A stretch of DNA of 64,000 nt, taken from contig JBDOQK010000008.1 of assembly GCA_040437565.1 (NCBI GenBank), positions 186,001-250,000 on the forward strand, written 5' to 3'. The translations under genes were made by a program, and so were the position numbers. This document shows positions 1-12,857 of this stretch, in pieces; position 1 is the first letter of the stretch, and each line of letters opens with the position of its first letter. The notes under the pieces were generated by a model, which saw nothing but the letters and a program-made list of their open reading frames with translations, searched no databases and was not told where the DNA came from. The DNA is from Albugo candida (taxonomy: Eukaryota).

Positions 1-1024
1 CTGTCGTGCACGAGGATGATGAACTGGTAAGTCGGCTAGAATAAGCTGGAGATAGACCTAATGGTGCGGTTACGATGCAGCTGGTGGTTTCCAAGCCTTG
101 TTCGATTCCGACACACCCATGTGGAGCGTACAGGCACAATTCTCTGCACTCAATTTTACTGCATCTATTTCCGGAGCTGAAATCTCTTCACGTTGTTCAT
201 CGTCTAGATCGATTGACTTCAGGTACGTTTTCTCAGTGTTGACAGGACTTGAGTAGAACCTAATGATTGTGTGCCAAGGAATCGTCATATTCGCCAAAAA
301 TGCTGCAACTGCGAAAAAACTAAGCACAGAGATGACCAAGCGCCAAGTTCGCAAGACTTATCTGGCGGGTGTCAAAGGTTCTATTCCTTTCAAATGGGAT
401 GAAGAAACCAGAAAGCGGCAAGATGAGATCAAGGAGCGAGCTAGGGACATCTGTGACGCTAGTGAGATTTCATTCAGTGAGAAACAGATCCGAGTCAAGT
501 GTCCATTGAGATGTTTGTCGCATAAAAATGGTGTCTGGGAGTGTCATAAAGATGGTAAAGAATCTGAGACAATTTTTGAATTGGATCAGCTCACCGTACC
601 AACTGAGAACCGAGGTGCCTTGAGCGTGCTGAGATGCTATCCAGTCACCGGCCGCACCCACCAGATACGTCTACACCTGCAACTCATTGGACTCCCAATT
701 GCAAATGACCCTTGTTACGGCGGAAAATTACACTTTGGAGTCAATCCAGAACTTTCAAAAACGATCGATGAGACAAAATCATCAGAGACAACAAAACCAA
801 ATGGAAATGAAACGACAAACGGGCAGGATGTGTTCCAACATGCTAATGAAGATATGGAGTCTTATATGCAGAGACTATGTCAGAGATGCCATGACCATGC
901 CGATGAAACCTCTTACAATCAAATACATCAATACTGTAGTGGTATATGGCTTCATGCTTTGGAGTACGAAATCGATAAAAAGAAATTTACTGCTTCTTTA
1001 CCGGCCTGGGCATGTCGATTGTGA
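1..1024 (+). CDS. RluA-family RNA pseudouridine synthase, 5' truncated by the window; introns ~27-80 and ~223-278
   Basis: Spliced translation gives VVHEDDEL|LVVSKPCSIPTHPCG...VVHRLDRLTSG|IVIFAKN (catalytic HRLD) and PVTGRTHQIRLHL...PIANDPCYG...LHA. Confidence 0.92.
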
Positions 1025-1158
1025 GTATTGAAGTCATTCCATGGGAGTATTATGAATGATGGGCCGAAACAGCTCTCTCTCATTACTCTCTTCACTAAGG
1101 TCAAGAAAATTGGAGATAGACTGTAAGTTCAAATCCACAACTAGACAATTCAATGATC

Positions 1159-3375
1159 CTAACGAGCCAGATTTTTGGCTTTGGCGAAGTTTGCATCATT
1201 GACTGCATGAGAGCTTGCTTCGTAACTGCAAAACACGCAATCACAAAAGGATGGATAGGATAGCAATTGATCTTGTGTATATGGCAGCAGCATGGCGTAT
1301 ACTGCTTCTGTATCAAGCTGACAGGCTCTCAACGTTTCGACTGCCTGAGCAATTGGAATGACACCTTGTTTGTGCTCATCGCACTGCCTAAACATTGATC
1401 GAAGACGTGGATATGCTTTCAGCTTTTTTGTTGGGTCAGCGGTATCATCATTGCGCTTCGGATAATTCGTCTCCAACGCCAGAGATGCTAGCATGTCCGC
1501 AAAGTCATCATAAAGGAATTCAGCTTTCGCTGTTGTCGAAGCCTCATTTTTCAAGCAGAGACAGAATCGAGCTAGAGTGACGAGTTCTTGTTCAACCAAG
1601 TTGCCAAACGGCTCAATTTTTTCCAGAATCGCACGAGCTACATCAAGGGGTAGAATTCCATTATTCTTTGAGTCTGCCTTCCGAAATATCTGACGCATGG
1701 CATTCAACTGGAAGCTAGATCCAATCCTTCTCCGGATAGAGGCTAGGATACTTTTTGCGTTAGAGTATGGAAATATATCTGGCCGACTTTCGCAAAATCG
1801 CAGTGTTGCATCATCTGTACCAATAATCTTTAGCGACTGGTAAGGCGTGAACATGAATGAGATGATTGCACCGACGTAGAAATCAGCAGCGACAAAGTAA
1901 GTGGGTTGGTCTAATGAAGCGGCAGGCATATCTTTTGAGCACTTCTTATATCGACCACGTTGGAGAAAGCGTCCGCCGATCAAACCAGTATTACTTTCAG
2001 AAATTTCATCTATCGATAGAGTGTCATTCTCCATGTAATATATCAGGATGAATTGTCTAGTACGATCCACTTTGGTATGGACTGCGTGAGGAACGAATTT
2101 GGCTTGAAATCGAAGTATTTTTTTGTCAAAAGTGTCATCGAATGCAACAATGTGGCTATCACGATCAGGAAATGGGCTCGATAGAGCGGCTGAACTATCT
2201 CTTTGAGCATATAAGCGCCGGGGAAGGTTGTGCATTTGTGATATGTGTTTCGGTACATAATGTCCGTTCTCCCACTCCTTCTCGCTTCCGTTGTCACCTT
2301 TTTCTTGCTCAATTCCAAAGGTATTCCAGTAGTACTTCTTTGTGAAATCATCGCAATTTTCCAGCAGGAAGTTCCTTGAGTGTATTCGTATGGTCCGTCC
2401 ACAAACAAGATCTTGCTCGGTGATGAAGGGCATAGCATCAGAAGAGGATTGAGCTGAAAGTGGCGAGCTCCAGCCTTTGCCGTCATTTCGCACTCTTTGA
2501 CGTGATATCAGCAATGCAAAGTGTCCTCGTCCAGTAAAATTCCTTTCAGTTTTCGGCTCCACGACCTCTAGCGTATGATCTTCCAGATAGTAATGCAACG
2601 TATATTTTCGAAGCTCGGGGTACAATGGATGATCATCATGCCACGAGACATCAAAACGCAAGACTTTATGGTAATTGTCGTTATAGTCCCAGAAAGCTTT
2701 TCTTCGATCGATGGCACTACCGTTCATTTCCCCAGCTTGTTTCGGAGGTGGAAGCAGCTCCGGTTGAGGGTACGGCTGAGGTGGTCCCAGTTCTATTGAA
2801 AGCTCGCGCTCGTAGTACGTTCGTGTTGCAGCATCACAATCGACGATCCAAAAGTCACGGCCGTAAATGTGAAGCGACTTCCCAATCCCAAAATCCGCAA
2901 CAGAGAATGGCGCGTTATTTGGCTTTCGGACCAAATGTTTTTTCATGAATTCGCCTTGCAACATACCGCTGTTGGGAGTCTTGGGCTCTAAAATGGAAAT
3001 CGTATGATCGCACAAATGAAATTTTATGACTACGCGTCGAATCCGATCAACAAAGCCACCGCTATAATCGGCTAACTTCTCGATACAATAGCCAAAATAG
3101 CGCAAAACCCGGTCATCGTGCCGCAACCAAGGAGGCATAGAGCTTTTAAAAAGTTTTATAGTATCGGGCATCGTCTGATGTGGACGGGATTCTAGTGATA
3201 GATTGTTGCTAGCAGATGACAGTGGCCGTATTTCGTATACCTGATTGGGCATTCTAGCATCATATAGGTGCTCCATGCTGTGTGGTCGACGAAAATGTGG
3301 TCGCCGCAATCTGTCATAGTAATCTGATCGTATTCCTGGAAGAAGAGGGATAGAGCCTGTAGCATACCCAGTCAT
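1159..3375 (-). CDS. EFHC1/EFHC2 (Rib72-like) axonemal protein with three DM10 domains and C-terminal EF-hand-like region
   Basis: N-terminal IPLLPG and three DM10-like repeats (VLRYFG...EPKTPNSGMLQGEF; VLRFD...YYLEDHTLEVVE; ILRFQAK...YYMENDTLSI...GGRFL). The first ATG is at 3375; the ORF-track start at 3435 is TTG. Confidence 0.88.
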   Translation of the reverse strand: MTGYATGSIPLLPGIRSDYYDRLRRPHFRRPHSMEHLYDARMPNQVYEIRPLSSASNNLSLESRPHQTMPDTIKLFKSSMPPWLRHDDRVLRYFGYCIEKLADYSGGFVDRIRRVVIKFHLCDHTISILEPKTPNSGMLQGEFMKKHLVRKPNNAPFSVADFGIGKSLHIYGRDFWIVDCDAATRTYYERELSIELGPPQPYPQPELLPPPKQAGEMNGSAIDRRKAFWDYNDNYHKVLRFDVSWHDDHPLYPELRKYTLHYYLEDHTLEVVEPKTERNFTGRGHFALLISRQRVRNDGKGWSSPLSAQSSSDAMPFITEQDLVCGRTIRIHSRNFLLENCDDFTKKYYWNTFGIEQEKGDNGSEKEWENGHYVPKHISQMHNLPRRLYAQRDSSAALSSPFPDRDSHIVAFDDTFDKKILRFQAKFVPHAVHTKVDRTRQFILIYYMENDTLSIDEISESNTGLIGGRFLQRGRYKKCSKDMPAASLDQPTYFVAADFYVGAIISFMFTPYQSLKIIGTDDATLRFCESRPDIFPYSNAKSILASIRRRIGSSFQLNAMRQIFRKADSKNNGILPLDVARAILEKIEPFGNLVEQELVTLARFCLCLKNEASTTAKAEFLYDDFADMLASLALETNYPKRNDDTADPTKKLKAYPRLRSMFRQCDEHKQGVIPIAQAVETLRACQLDTEAVYAMLLPYTQDQLLSYPSFCDCVFCSYEASSHAVNDANFAKAKNLAR

Positions 3376-3655
3376 ACTTCCATCAACGGGTCGCAAACTG
3401 GTGACGAGTAGGCGCTCGCATGGAGATCGTAACAATCACATCTTGCTCGTAATGTCTCAGGACACTCAATCTAACGTCTCAGGCGTTGGACAGTAGCCAT
3501 CACGTGACATTGATGCTATTGACTACTATGGAGCGACGTAGATGTGCGTTTGGCAATCGCTTCAAGATCATCTTCTTTCAATCACGAGTAGTGATCGTGT
3601 GTCGTGCTTTACGAAAGTCGGCACAAATAATTTTGGCATCTCGTACAAAGACAAA

Positions 3656-5365
3656 ATGAAAATCGTGTTGATTTGCTTCATGACAGCGTTTGTGCTTGTT
3701 TATGGTCAAGAGAAGAATGACGCTAGTGTGAGTAGTGCAAACAACAGCAGCTCAAGTAACCAAACGGAACAAGCAATGTCGACACCCGAATGCGGTCCTC
3801 GTATTCGCAAGTCTTGGGATCGATTAACCAGTTTGGAAAAGGAGACTTATCTGGAGGCGATTGCCAAATCAATGGATGATGGTCTGTATAGTCAATTTGT
3901 TGAAGTGCACACAGAGGAATTGACAGCGTCCGAAGCCCATCAAACTTGCATGTTTCTGTATTGGCATCGACTTCTTCTTTTAGGATTTGAAAACATGTTG
4001 CGCAGCTACGGTGGAGTCTTCTCGTGCATTACGGTGCCATACTGGAATTATGTGGATCATAACGCACGATTTTTGAATGGACTCTGTGACAGTATGGAAG
4101 ATTGTGCTCTGATATTGCGCGAGTTGGGTGGATCCAGTCGAGGAGAGCGAAGGTCGATTGAAATCAATGGCACCCCCATTCGTGGAAGCAATTACCGCTG
4201 TATTTCGAGCCATCCCTTAAACCATTTCTGCGAAGATTCACTTCGAGATTCTTCGGATTGTGCTGGATGCGTCCCAAGAGGACCGTGGAGCGAGACTCCA
4301 TTTCCGCCGACAGCCAGTATCAGCTCGCTACTGCGACAGCTTTATGAGACGCCAACTATCACCGCAGTTGCTGAGAACTTGGAGCAAGGTCTTCACAGTA
4401 AGTACATTTTGACCTTGTGGGCGTCTGATCGATTCTAATGCTATTTCGCTGAGATAGATACCATACATAATGCATTGAGTGGCGCTATGGCATTTTTAGA
4501 AGCCCCGTCGGATCCTATTTTCTGGTCACATCATGCATCGCTGGATCTCTTACATTCTATATTCTATCACTGTGTTGTGGGTGATGATACTCGATTCCGT
4601 GCCGATCAGATCAAAATGAATGACCCTCATCAGTTCTTAGAATGCAGCCGCCGGATGCCCTTACCTAGCGATCGTGCAATCGATCAAGAAACGCTAATGG
4701 CACAATCGCAGCCAGTGATGCGAAGCGGTGGGGCCATGGGTCTCTCTCCGGCTTCTGTCTGGGACTCGAACCATCCGCTCTATCGCTTTTTCGCCAATCT
4801 ACCTCGACAGTACCTAGAGATCTCGGATATTCGCAATTTGGGGCCGCTCACTTACAATTATGAACTAGTGGGTTTGTTGCAAGATATGTATACGCGATGT
4901 ATTGATCTGGATCTGTTAACATCCTCGATCAGCGGAATGGAACGAAGACTGGACGAGGAAATGGCGGTTTTCTCGGGTCCAGTTCTGATAGAAGATGTGA
5001 ATGGAAATCAAGCTTTTGCCGAAAACTTATGGTTCCCGAAAGTTTTGGAGCAAACGATGACTTTTTTTTCATCGTTTCAGCATCCGAATGAAACAATGGA
5101 CATTGGCACAAACTCGGTCGGCGAGGTATTGAAAGAGATGGAGAAGATGACGTGCCTGTTTTACCAAATGTGTCGCGGTCCAGTTCAAGACTTTACGGCC
5201 GAGTTTCGTCACAATTTTGCCAATGCTCGTATGAGTCCATGTACTCGTGTGATTGCGGATATTGAGGCTGGAAGAGATACCATGAAAGTACCGAATTGGA
5301 AGGAGATCATGCTGGAATCGCTCCCGTGTGACACAAAAGCTCACAAAGAGACCACCTCAGGCTGA
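3656..5365 (+). CDS. Secreted tyrosinase (type-3 di-copper) family protein; intron 4398-4457
   Basis: Signal peptide MKIVLICFMTAFVLVYG. CuA: VEVH...AH...FLYWHR, then VPYWNY. After splicing, CuB reads GLHNTIHNALSGAM...APSDPIFWSHHA. Confidence 0.9.
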
Positions 5366-5481
5366 TCAATTCGGGTCTGCGATTTAGTCTTGGCTTGTTT
5401 GATAGGGAGATTTGTAAAAGAAAAATAGCATGTATGATTTCGACCCACAACACAATTTTCTAATTGAAATGGCGAGTGAGA

Positions 5482-7564
5482 TCACGCAGCTTCCATCTCA
5501 AGTGCACTCCTGGGATTTCCAATGTACGGGCCTTTCCGAAGGTGTGCCTTCAATTTAAGCAAAATGCTCGTATCTATCATGCAATGCCTTGAGCCGATAA
5601 TGTGATAAGACTCAGGTTATATACGGACCGAGAAGATTGGTAAATGGAGAGGCCAAGATTGCATCAACCACCGCAAACTTCCATTCACGGCATTCCTTGG
5701 TGGGCTCTGTGTTGCGATCCAAAATATACTCAAAGAAACCACCGTACGAGATCAGCGCTTGTAATCCCCATTCAGCGTTTTGTGCCGCGACGGCTTGCAG
5801 CAGCCCGTACACTGCTATCCGAAGTTCTTCGAACGGCTGCTTTAATAAAAACATGAGATACTCAGTGGTAGAATCCGATCTGGAAGCACGCCCTAACGCC
5901 TCATAAATGGTCTTGTTTAAATTCCAAATCTCAGCATCTTTTTCCAAGATGTCACAGCTTTCATGTTGCAATCGAGTCGGTTCTGCTAAAACTTTTTTGA
6001 CGCTATGAAGACAATTCACTTTCAGAGGCATCTTGAGTGAGCTTGCCATTTCGAGATATTGTGAGCATATCTCATGTTGTATCAGCACTTGCAGTTCTAG
6101 TGGCATAAAAATCGTGAGAATGTCAATCCTTCTGATGAAGCTCTCACCCTTATGAGAGGACGCAGCGAAAGCCCCTATAGCATCCATTGCTGCAATCTTT
6201 TGAATGTCCTCCGGATCTTGCAGTTTATCTTTGACTTTATCGAAAAATGCCTGGGTTAATACAGGATCGCCCCAATTCCAGCACTTGACGTTCAATTCTG
6301 CAACTTTTGTAGACACTTCCCCAATAAAACGAAGTGATTCTGTGCCAACAAGTGGATCTATCATCAAATGCGGTTGCGAGTTTGTTTTTTTCGGTCAAAT
6401 CGTAATGCATGACTTTATACCTTCCGCCATCGCTAATAGATTACGAAGAGTGTCTGCGAGATAGAATGATTGTTATCATATAGTCGCGGCAAAACCGGCG
6501 ATGTTACGTGAAAGCACCTGAATCCGAGATAAACTGAAGCCCAGCTTTTGTTTGACAGAGCTTTGGAAGAAGTTCTATGATATTCAAAATCAACAGGCTA
6601 TCGTTGGATTCGAGGTATCCGAGAATCTAAAGGATTTAGACTCAGAGATTAATACCAACATGCTCGCTTTGAACTTGACTTACAAGTTTCATCGAGCCCG
6701 AGGAAGCAACATACTGAGCCACTTTTTCGGTGGAACACAGACGTGCGATCGTCTCCAAATATCTCATCAGCTCAACACTTTTACCACCAGTATCACTGCA
6801 AGCATCCAAGTTGTAATGTAACGATATGAAAAGTCTGCAAGAATATCACCATTCTAGCGCATTCTGGTGCAGCACGTCCACAAGAGTCTCATGCACTTCC
6901 GATCCATCGCCAGTCGCAAGCTACAATGTACTGCTTCATATCGCTATAATCGAATACTGTTGGAGAGTATCCTTCACCTTCACCACCACATTAGAAGCTT
7001 TACTTGATATGTCACCATTCTCTGATGCAATCAAATCACAGATCGCATGCATGATCTCATTATCCGCCTAAACGAAGTGTAAGGTTATCGAAAAACAGAC
7101 TCCATCACACTAGTGAGCGTCCCACCAGCACTCCATTCTCCGAAGGCGTCTTTGATCGACTGTTCTTGTACAATTGAGCTTCCACCTGCGCAAGTGTCAG
7201 CTCCTGAGCTTGTTCTTCGTGATGGCGAAGGCCCCCTAAAATGAAGGCTAATGTCTTCAAGCATGTGAGTCAGTCGTCAGCAAAATGTCGATGAACTGTG
7301 CTGAGAAACCTGCTTTGACTGGAAAAATTGAGGATCAACAGCGTTGCACGATAATAAGTGGTCGATACAGGCGCAGACTGTTTTGACTCTGGATGAGTTC
7401 TGTGTGTCGCTCGCGTCGTCTAAGCACTTAAATAATGTCTCCAGTGATACTTTCTCTTTGAATGCATGTTCAATTGCAGAGTCTTTATCATTCGCGCTAA
7501 ATCTACTTGATCGAGCCACAATTTGCTCGTGGAACGCATCGATTTCCAGCCAGATTTCCTCCAT
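5482..7564 (-). CDS. PSMD5: 26S proteasome assembly chaperone S5b/PSMD5-like (multi-exon)
   Basis: ARM/HEAT-like helical exons. The C-terminus LKQPFEELRIAVYGLL...FFEYILDRNTEPTKECREWKFAVV...HLRKGPYIG resembles PSMD5. Confidence 0.75.
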
Positions 7565-7721
7565 AGTAAAAGCGTTAATTTATATTATGATCATATTATA
7601 TCAACTGATTTGAGGTATCGATGATCGCATCGTAGCTCATTATGGAACGCGTCAAGGTAAGCGCCGCCAGATGCAACAAATCATGTCATGTAATCCTTGC
7701 GCTACGATTATCATCGTGTAT

Positions 7722-9375
7722 CTATTGACTGACAAGTGACTTCTGTATAAATTGTCGGATACTTTCGATTCCATTGCTCGAGATCGCCAGTTTGAGATGA
7801 ATTGGATCTGTCCAAGTGAGGAAGCGCTGTTTTTGCGCATATACCCGCACTTGTTCGAATTCCTCTTTACTATTGAATCCGTCAAAGAGTATACCATCGA
7901 TAAATCTGATGCGATTCCTTTCTTTCTATCGTCTCAGTAGCATTTTTATAAACAAATAGAACGAGGAATACTCTGAGTGTTGCTCTTACCTCCCATAGAT
8001 AGATTTGGTCTGCAATATTTTCCGGTACGATTGGGTTGTTCTTTTTCATCCTTGGGTGAGCGTGCTTTAGCAGAAAGTCGTAAATTTGTTGTGCTGATAT
8101 GCCGTGAACCAATGCCGAACGCAAACTTTCTCGAGTGATGAATCCGATCGCAAGATTTGGAAGGCGAGCCTATTCAACTGGTAGCGTCAAAAAATTCATT
8201 CACGTTGCACTACAAGATGCGTACCACAATATCCACAAAGACGCTCAGCATGGCAATATGCAATGTCGATGTCGTATATGCATACACCTTGAAGTTGGTT
8301 TCTACAATGGTGGATAAGTCTGACATTGACGACATGTGCGGTCGGGCCACTTGAGCTTCGCTGTAATTTGATGCAGTCGTTCCGCCAAATATCAAATTTA
8401 CCGCTAGGCTGGTTGTATAAAATCGATCGCTGTTTGATCGTTTGCGATATAGTAGACCAAAATTGTTGAAATCAGTCAATAGCAGCTGTTGCGTCTTGGT
8501 CAGATCTTGGACAGGATAGTATGCGTTCACTTGACAATAACTTATCTGAAAAAGAAATTGCAGAATATCTTCTTGCTTCAAGGCACCTGTGCGATCAAGT
8601 GTCTTGATATATTCTAAAATGAAAATCCACATCTGTATATGAATATCCTTCAACATGAATTCATAGCCTTTGTCTGTGATATGGAGTGCCCGTTGATCAA
8701 CCGACGATTGCATTAGATTGGTGCGCAGAAGAATATCAACAACAGCCTGTGGTGGGTCTGGTACGCTTGTTGAGCCAACCATATAATGTAGTACAGCATC
8801 CCAATGTGAGCGCGCGTATCGCTCTAATTCAGTGGAAGTGAAGGATACTTCCATATCTTTTCCTAGTTTTCTACGACCCTCTTCCCAAGGACATCCTCCT
8901 AAATGACACAGTGCATACTTTTTCGCCTTATATCAGCCTGTTCAAAAATATTCAAGACAAAATGGGAACCTTGAGCTGTTTTTGAAATCCCGTGTGCAGC
9001 TGGTAGGAATCGGTAGATGATTGCGCAAAAATACGTAGTTTACGTAGCTATATACGACAGCAATTAGTGTAAAGCTTTGTGCATATTGAGATATAGGAAA
9101 CGTCTTACTTTGCTTATTGAATGCTTGTACATATCCTCGATAGTTAGCGGCTTTTTCTTTCCTAGATTAGTGGATGAATTATCTTGTACCTGCGTGACAA
9201 GCCATTCACGTAGTACTTGTTCTTGCACGACTGTGTTGCATGACAAAAGACGCATCACAAATTGTTGTGCAATGGATGGAAGTGATTGGAATACAGCTTG
9301 GCACACCCATGGGTCTGCATATAGGCTTTCCAATGTCGCATTTGGCAACGTCTCCAAAAATTCAAAGGCATCCAT
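7722..9375 (-). CDS. GTF2H4: TFIIH subunit p52/Tfb2 (multi-exon)
   Basis: Motifs WDAVLHYMV, ITDKGYEFML, FYTT..A, IVETNFKVYAYT, GISAQQIYDFL..HAHP and IADQIYLWE; last exon ends ...QKSLVSQ*. Confidence 0.93.
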
Positions 9376-9541
9376 TCCAGACTCTATCCTATCGTGTGTA
9401 CCACTATTGCGGTACACTGTACTTCAACGGCGGTACAGCTCTCTCCTCTTGGCGCGAAGACGGAAGAAAACGCGCGTGAGATTAGTGCATGCATTTGCGG
9501 AGTTAATTCTAACACGCTGTCTGATAGCGTCCACATATTAC

Positions 9542-12535
9542 ATGGAGATTCAGGTAGAATTATATTGATATATATGTATTCCTGTTTTTAATCTTGATTT
9601 GTCAGTGTGCTGCAGCTGTGAAGTACCAAAATGCTAACACGGACAATGGAGCGGTTACAGAGAAACTGAGTGAGCAACTTTTTCTAAGGACGGAAATGGG
9701 GAATGCAAGACTTGCTTGCTGCGACCGTACAATGTACATCAATGGGGCTCGTATTGATGAAATCAAAGTACCTAGAACCGTTGGGCATTGCCAATGGAAG
9801 GTCACCAATGAAAATCATTCTTTTACTTTTGCCTTGGATATGACAAAAGAATCCTCTGAGAAATTTATCACTGAACTTCGACAGCAGAGTGATGGAAAAG
9901 CTCGACGTGAACTTGCAGAGAGGAAAAAACAGATCAGGAATAATCTTGCGCGAAGCCAAAAGTCAAGCATCCAGCCAGAAAATAAGTTAAATGAAAAAGT
10001 AACGCCGCGTCGGCGAAGCAACAACGTTAGGCTGACAGTGGCGACATCTCCAAATGATCTTAGGACGTCTCCGAGTTTGACCTCGACACCTTTCAGAAAT
10101 CCACAAGCCGTTCCTTCTTCGATAAGATCTCCTTATCGTTCACCGTTTGCTAGAGCGGGTTCAAAGCGACAAGCTTTATCTCCACTTCCAGTCGTACCTT
10201 CTGGATACGATAGCTCCACAGTCAGACCAGTAGTGAGAAGATCTAGCGAAGATTCAACAGCAAGAAAAAAATGGCTGAGTCCGACCCAATTGCGCAAAAC
10301 TAGAGCAAACTTTACACCCCCATGTATACAGAGGGATACCAAAACTTCCGTCTCTCATTCAGGCGATCAAGCATTGCCTATTACAAGGTCGCTAAGCCAT
10401 GCAAAGCAGGTTGGGAAGTGTCGCGTTCGCTCACTTTCACAAATGCTGGATGGTGTTCCAACTGCGGACCCGAATACGCCAATCGATACTGAAGAATCCT
10501 TGCCACCTACACCCAAACAAGAATCATTTGGGCAGCTACGTTCGCCCGATTTGGAGAGGCTGAATGTCGAGGATCAAGTCTTGGACACAGAAACGATTTC
10601 ACTGATGCATGGTCTGCTAAATATGGGTAATAATTGCTATATGAATGCAATACTGCAAGCACTCGCATCTCTTTCTGATTTTGTCCGAGATCTACGACAA
10701 GACAACTGGCTCATCTCCGCAGTACAGACACAGCTAGCTACTCCACGTCAGGAAGACGTCTCCATAGAGACTCCGAGTGAAGATTTTATAAGAACTTTTG
10801 TACATGATGCCCAGGCTCACCACCGAGAGATCACAAACAGTAGAAGAGAGGTCGTGGAAAATACAAAGTTTGCGTTGTACGACGCACTTGATGATATATT
10901 ATGTTCTATTGTCAACGGAGAGGAAAGCCCTATCAGTCCAGAACGAATCAAGTGGGTCATGGGACAAAGAAAGTTCATTTTTGCAAAGTAGGTTGCCATG
11001 CTCGCTTTCTTGAGTATGAGATGAGACTGATGCGTTCAGTCTTTTCACGTAGCCATTCACAGCAGGATGCACATGAATTTCTGGTCAACGTACTGGATGA
11101 ATTGGAAAAAGATTCTGAAGAAATGGTGAATGATATGTGCGCTCGTATTAGGAATGAGATGAATGAGCGTAATCTCTCAAGTCAAAGGAGTCGAGATATT
11201 GTATCCAATTCACCCTCACGAATCAGCACAGTATCGGATACAAGTGACTCGCTACTATTGGATAAAGAGAATGTAGCACCAAATGTGCTTGCCAACGTTA
11301 CTTCCACGGATCCGGAAGGTGTGGCTTCTGATACAAAAATACATAATCGATGCAGAAATGGCATGGCTCCAACAACTTTGAATGAAATTCTCCCCGTGCA
11401 GTATTTCCGAGGACAAATGGTCCAGACCTTGACATGTGTTTCTTGCCAATATAGTCGAAGACAAATGGAGCACTTTTATGATTTGTCGCTAGACCTACCA
11501 CCACAACCAGATCGAAGAAAGCATGCAAGCTGTTCGTCCAATCAGACCATTTCGACAGCTTCTCAAGACTTCTCTATGGAAAATGCTGATAATCAAGAAG
11601 AGACCATCAAATGTTATTGTGGGGAACCCGTGCTGGCCCAGCATCTAGATCATGACACACAAGTACTCCTTACTTGCGCAAAGCAGACGTGTAGTTTTCG
11701 CAAGAAAGAGAAGCGAGAGACTCAGTTAGAAAACGAGCCGACTGATTCTGACCTCTTTCCATCAGGAGAAACTGCTGCAACCATAGACGTACTTTTGAAC
11801 GACCAACAGGGCTCAAATGCTCCTCCTGGAGCGTCCAAGATCGATACGCAGACGTCAAATACAGTATCACCGTTCGAGAGCACGGTCGAAAGCACGGGTG
11901 ACTGGATTTGGCAGCTGGAGGATGTAATCACCGATCTATTCAGACCGCAACAGCTGGACCTCAAATGCGAAGAATGTAAAATCGGAAAAGAAGCTGAAAT
12001 GATGTATCGGATAGCGGAATTTCCTCGAGTTTTGATTCTTCATTTGAAACGATTCGAATTGGATCCGTGGCAAGGAACATTGATCAAACGCTGTGATCAG
12101 ATTGATTCTCCAATATGGCTCACATTCAATGCTGAAGGCATTTTATCCGATGATAATCTTGAGAAAGATACTGATAGGATCTATCGGCTGCAGGTAAACT
12201 TTTGTATGATTTGGGGTATCGCTTAGCACTCATGGTACCTCGCTTAGAGTATAGTCCATCACTTGGGTCAAAGCCTTGATCAAGGTCATTATATCGCGGA
12301 TATTTGCGGACTCGATTCTACTCCCAAGCAACCAGAGTCGCCAGGGCGCATATGGCGAAGAATGAACGATCAATTCGAGCTGCAGGTACACATCTTATTT
12401 GATGATGTACCTGATTGTGGCTCATTTCTTTGGCCTTAGGTGTCTGAAGATCAAGTGCTGAGTTCGAGTCGAAGTCGCGAATCTTCGTATATGTTTTTTT
12501 TTGTTCAGCAAGACAAAGCCAAGATCGCTCCATAG
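9542..12535 (+). CDS. Ubiquitin-specific protease (peptidase C19), USP26/29/37-like; introns ~9554-9604, 10988-11052 and two near the 3' end
   Basis: Cys box GLLNMGNNCYMNAILQAL, QQDAHEFL, PRVLILHLKRF, His box SIVHHLGQSLDQGHYIADI and terminal SYMFFF. Confidence 0.9.
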
Positions 12536-12857
12536 ATACAGAAGAAGCTCCGCAATGACGTGTAGTGAAGGATACGAGGGAGTCAGCAAAGATCACAAGT
12601 TAAGGTTGTCCCCAATAGCTTAGCAGCATTCTTCCTGCTCCTCGCCTGAAACCCGATTTGCCTTCCAGCAACACATTGGACTAATTGTGTTCGTTCGAAT
12701 CCAAGACGACGTTTATCGACAACAATGAGATAGCGAGTCTTATGGATAGATTCTCTAAGAATGTCACCGGTGTGAAGTCACAAGCGCTTTTATAAGAAGC
12801 GACAATGGATCAACTTGAACACACAAACATGAATGTAAACTCATATGTCGTGCAAAA

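Noticed and set aside
12685..12710. tRNA or SINE suggested by GTTCGAATCC
   Set aside because: The flanks do not form a T-stem, and no cloverleaf or A-box is evident.
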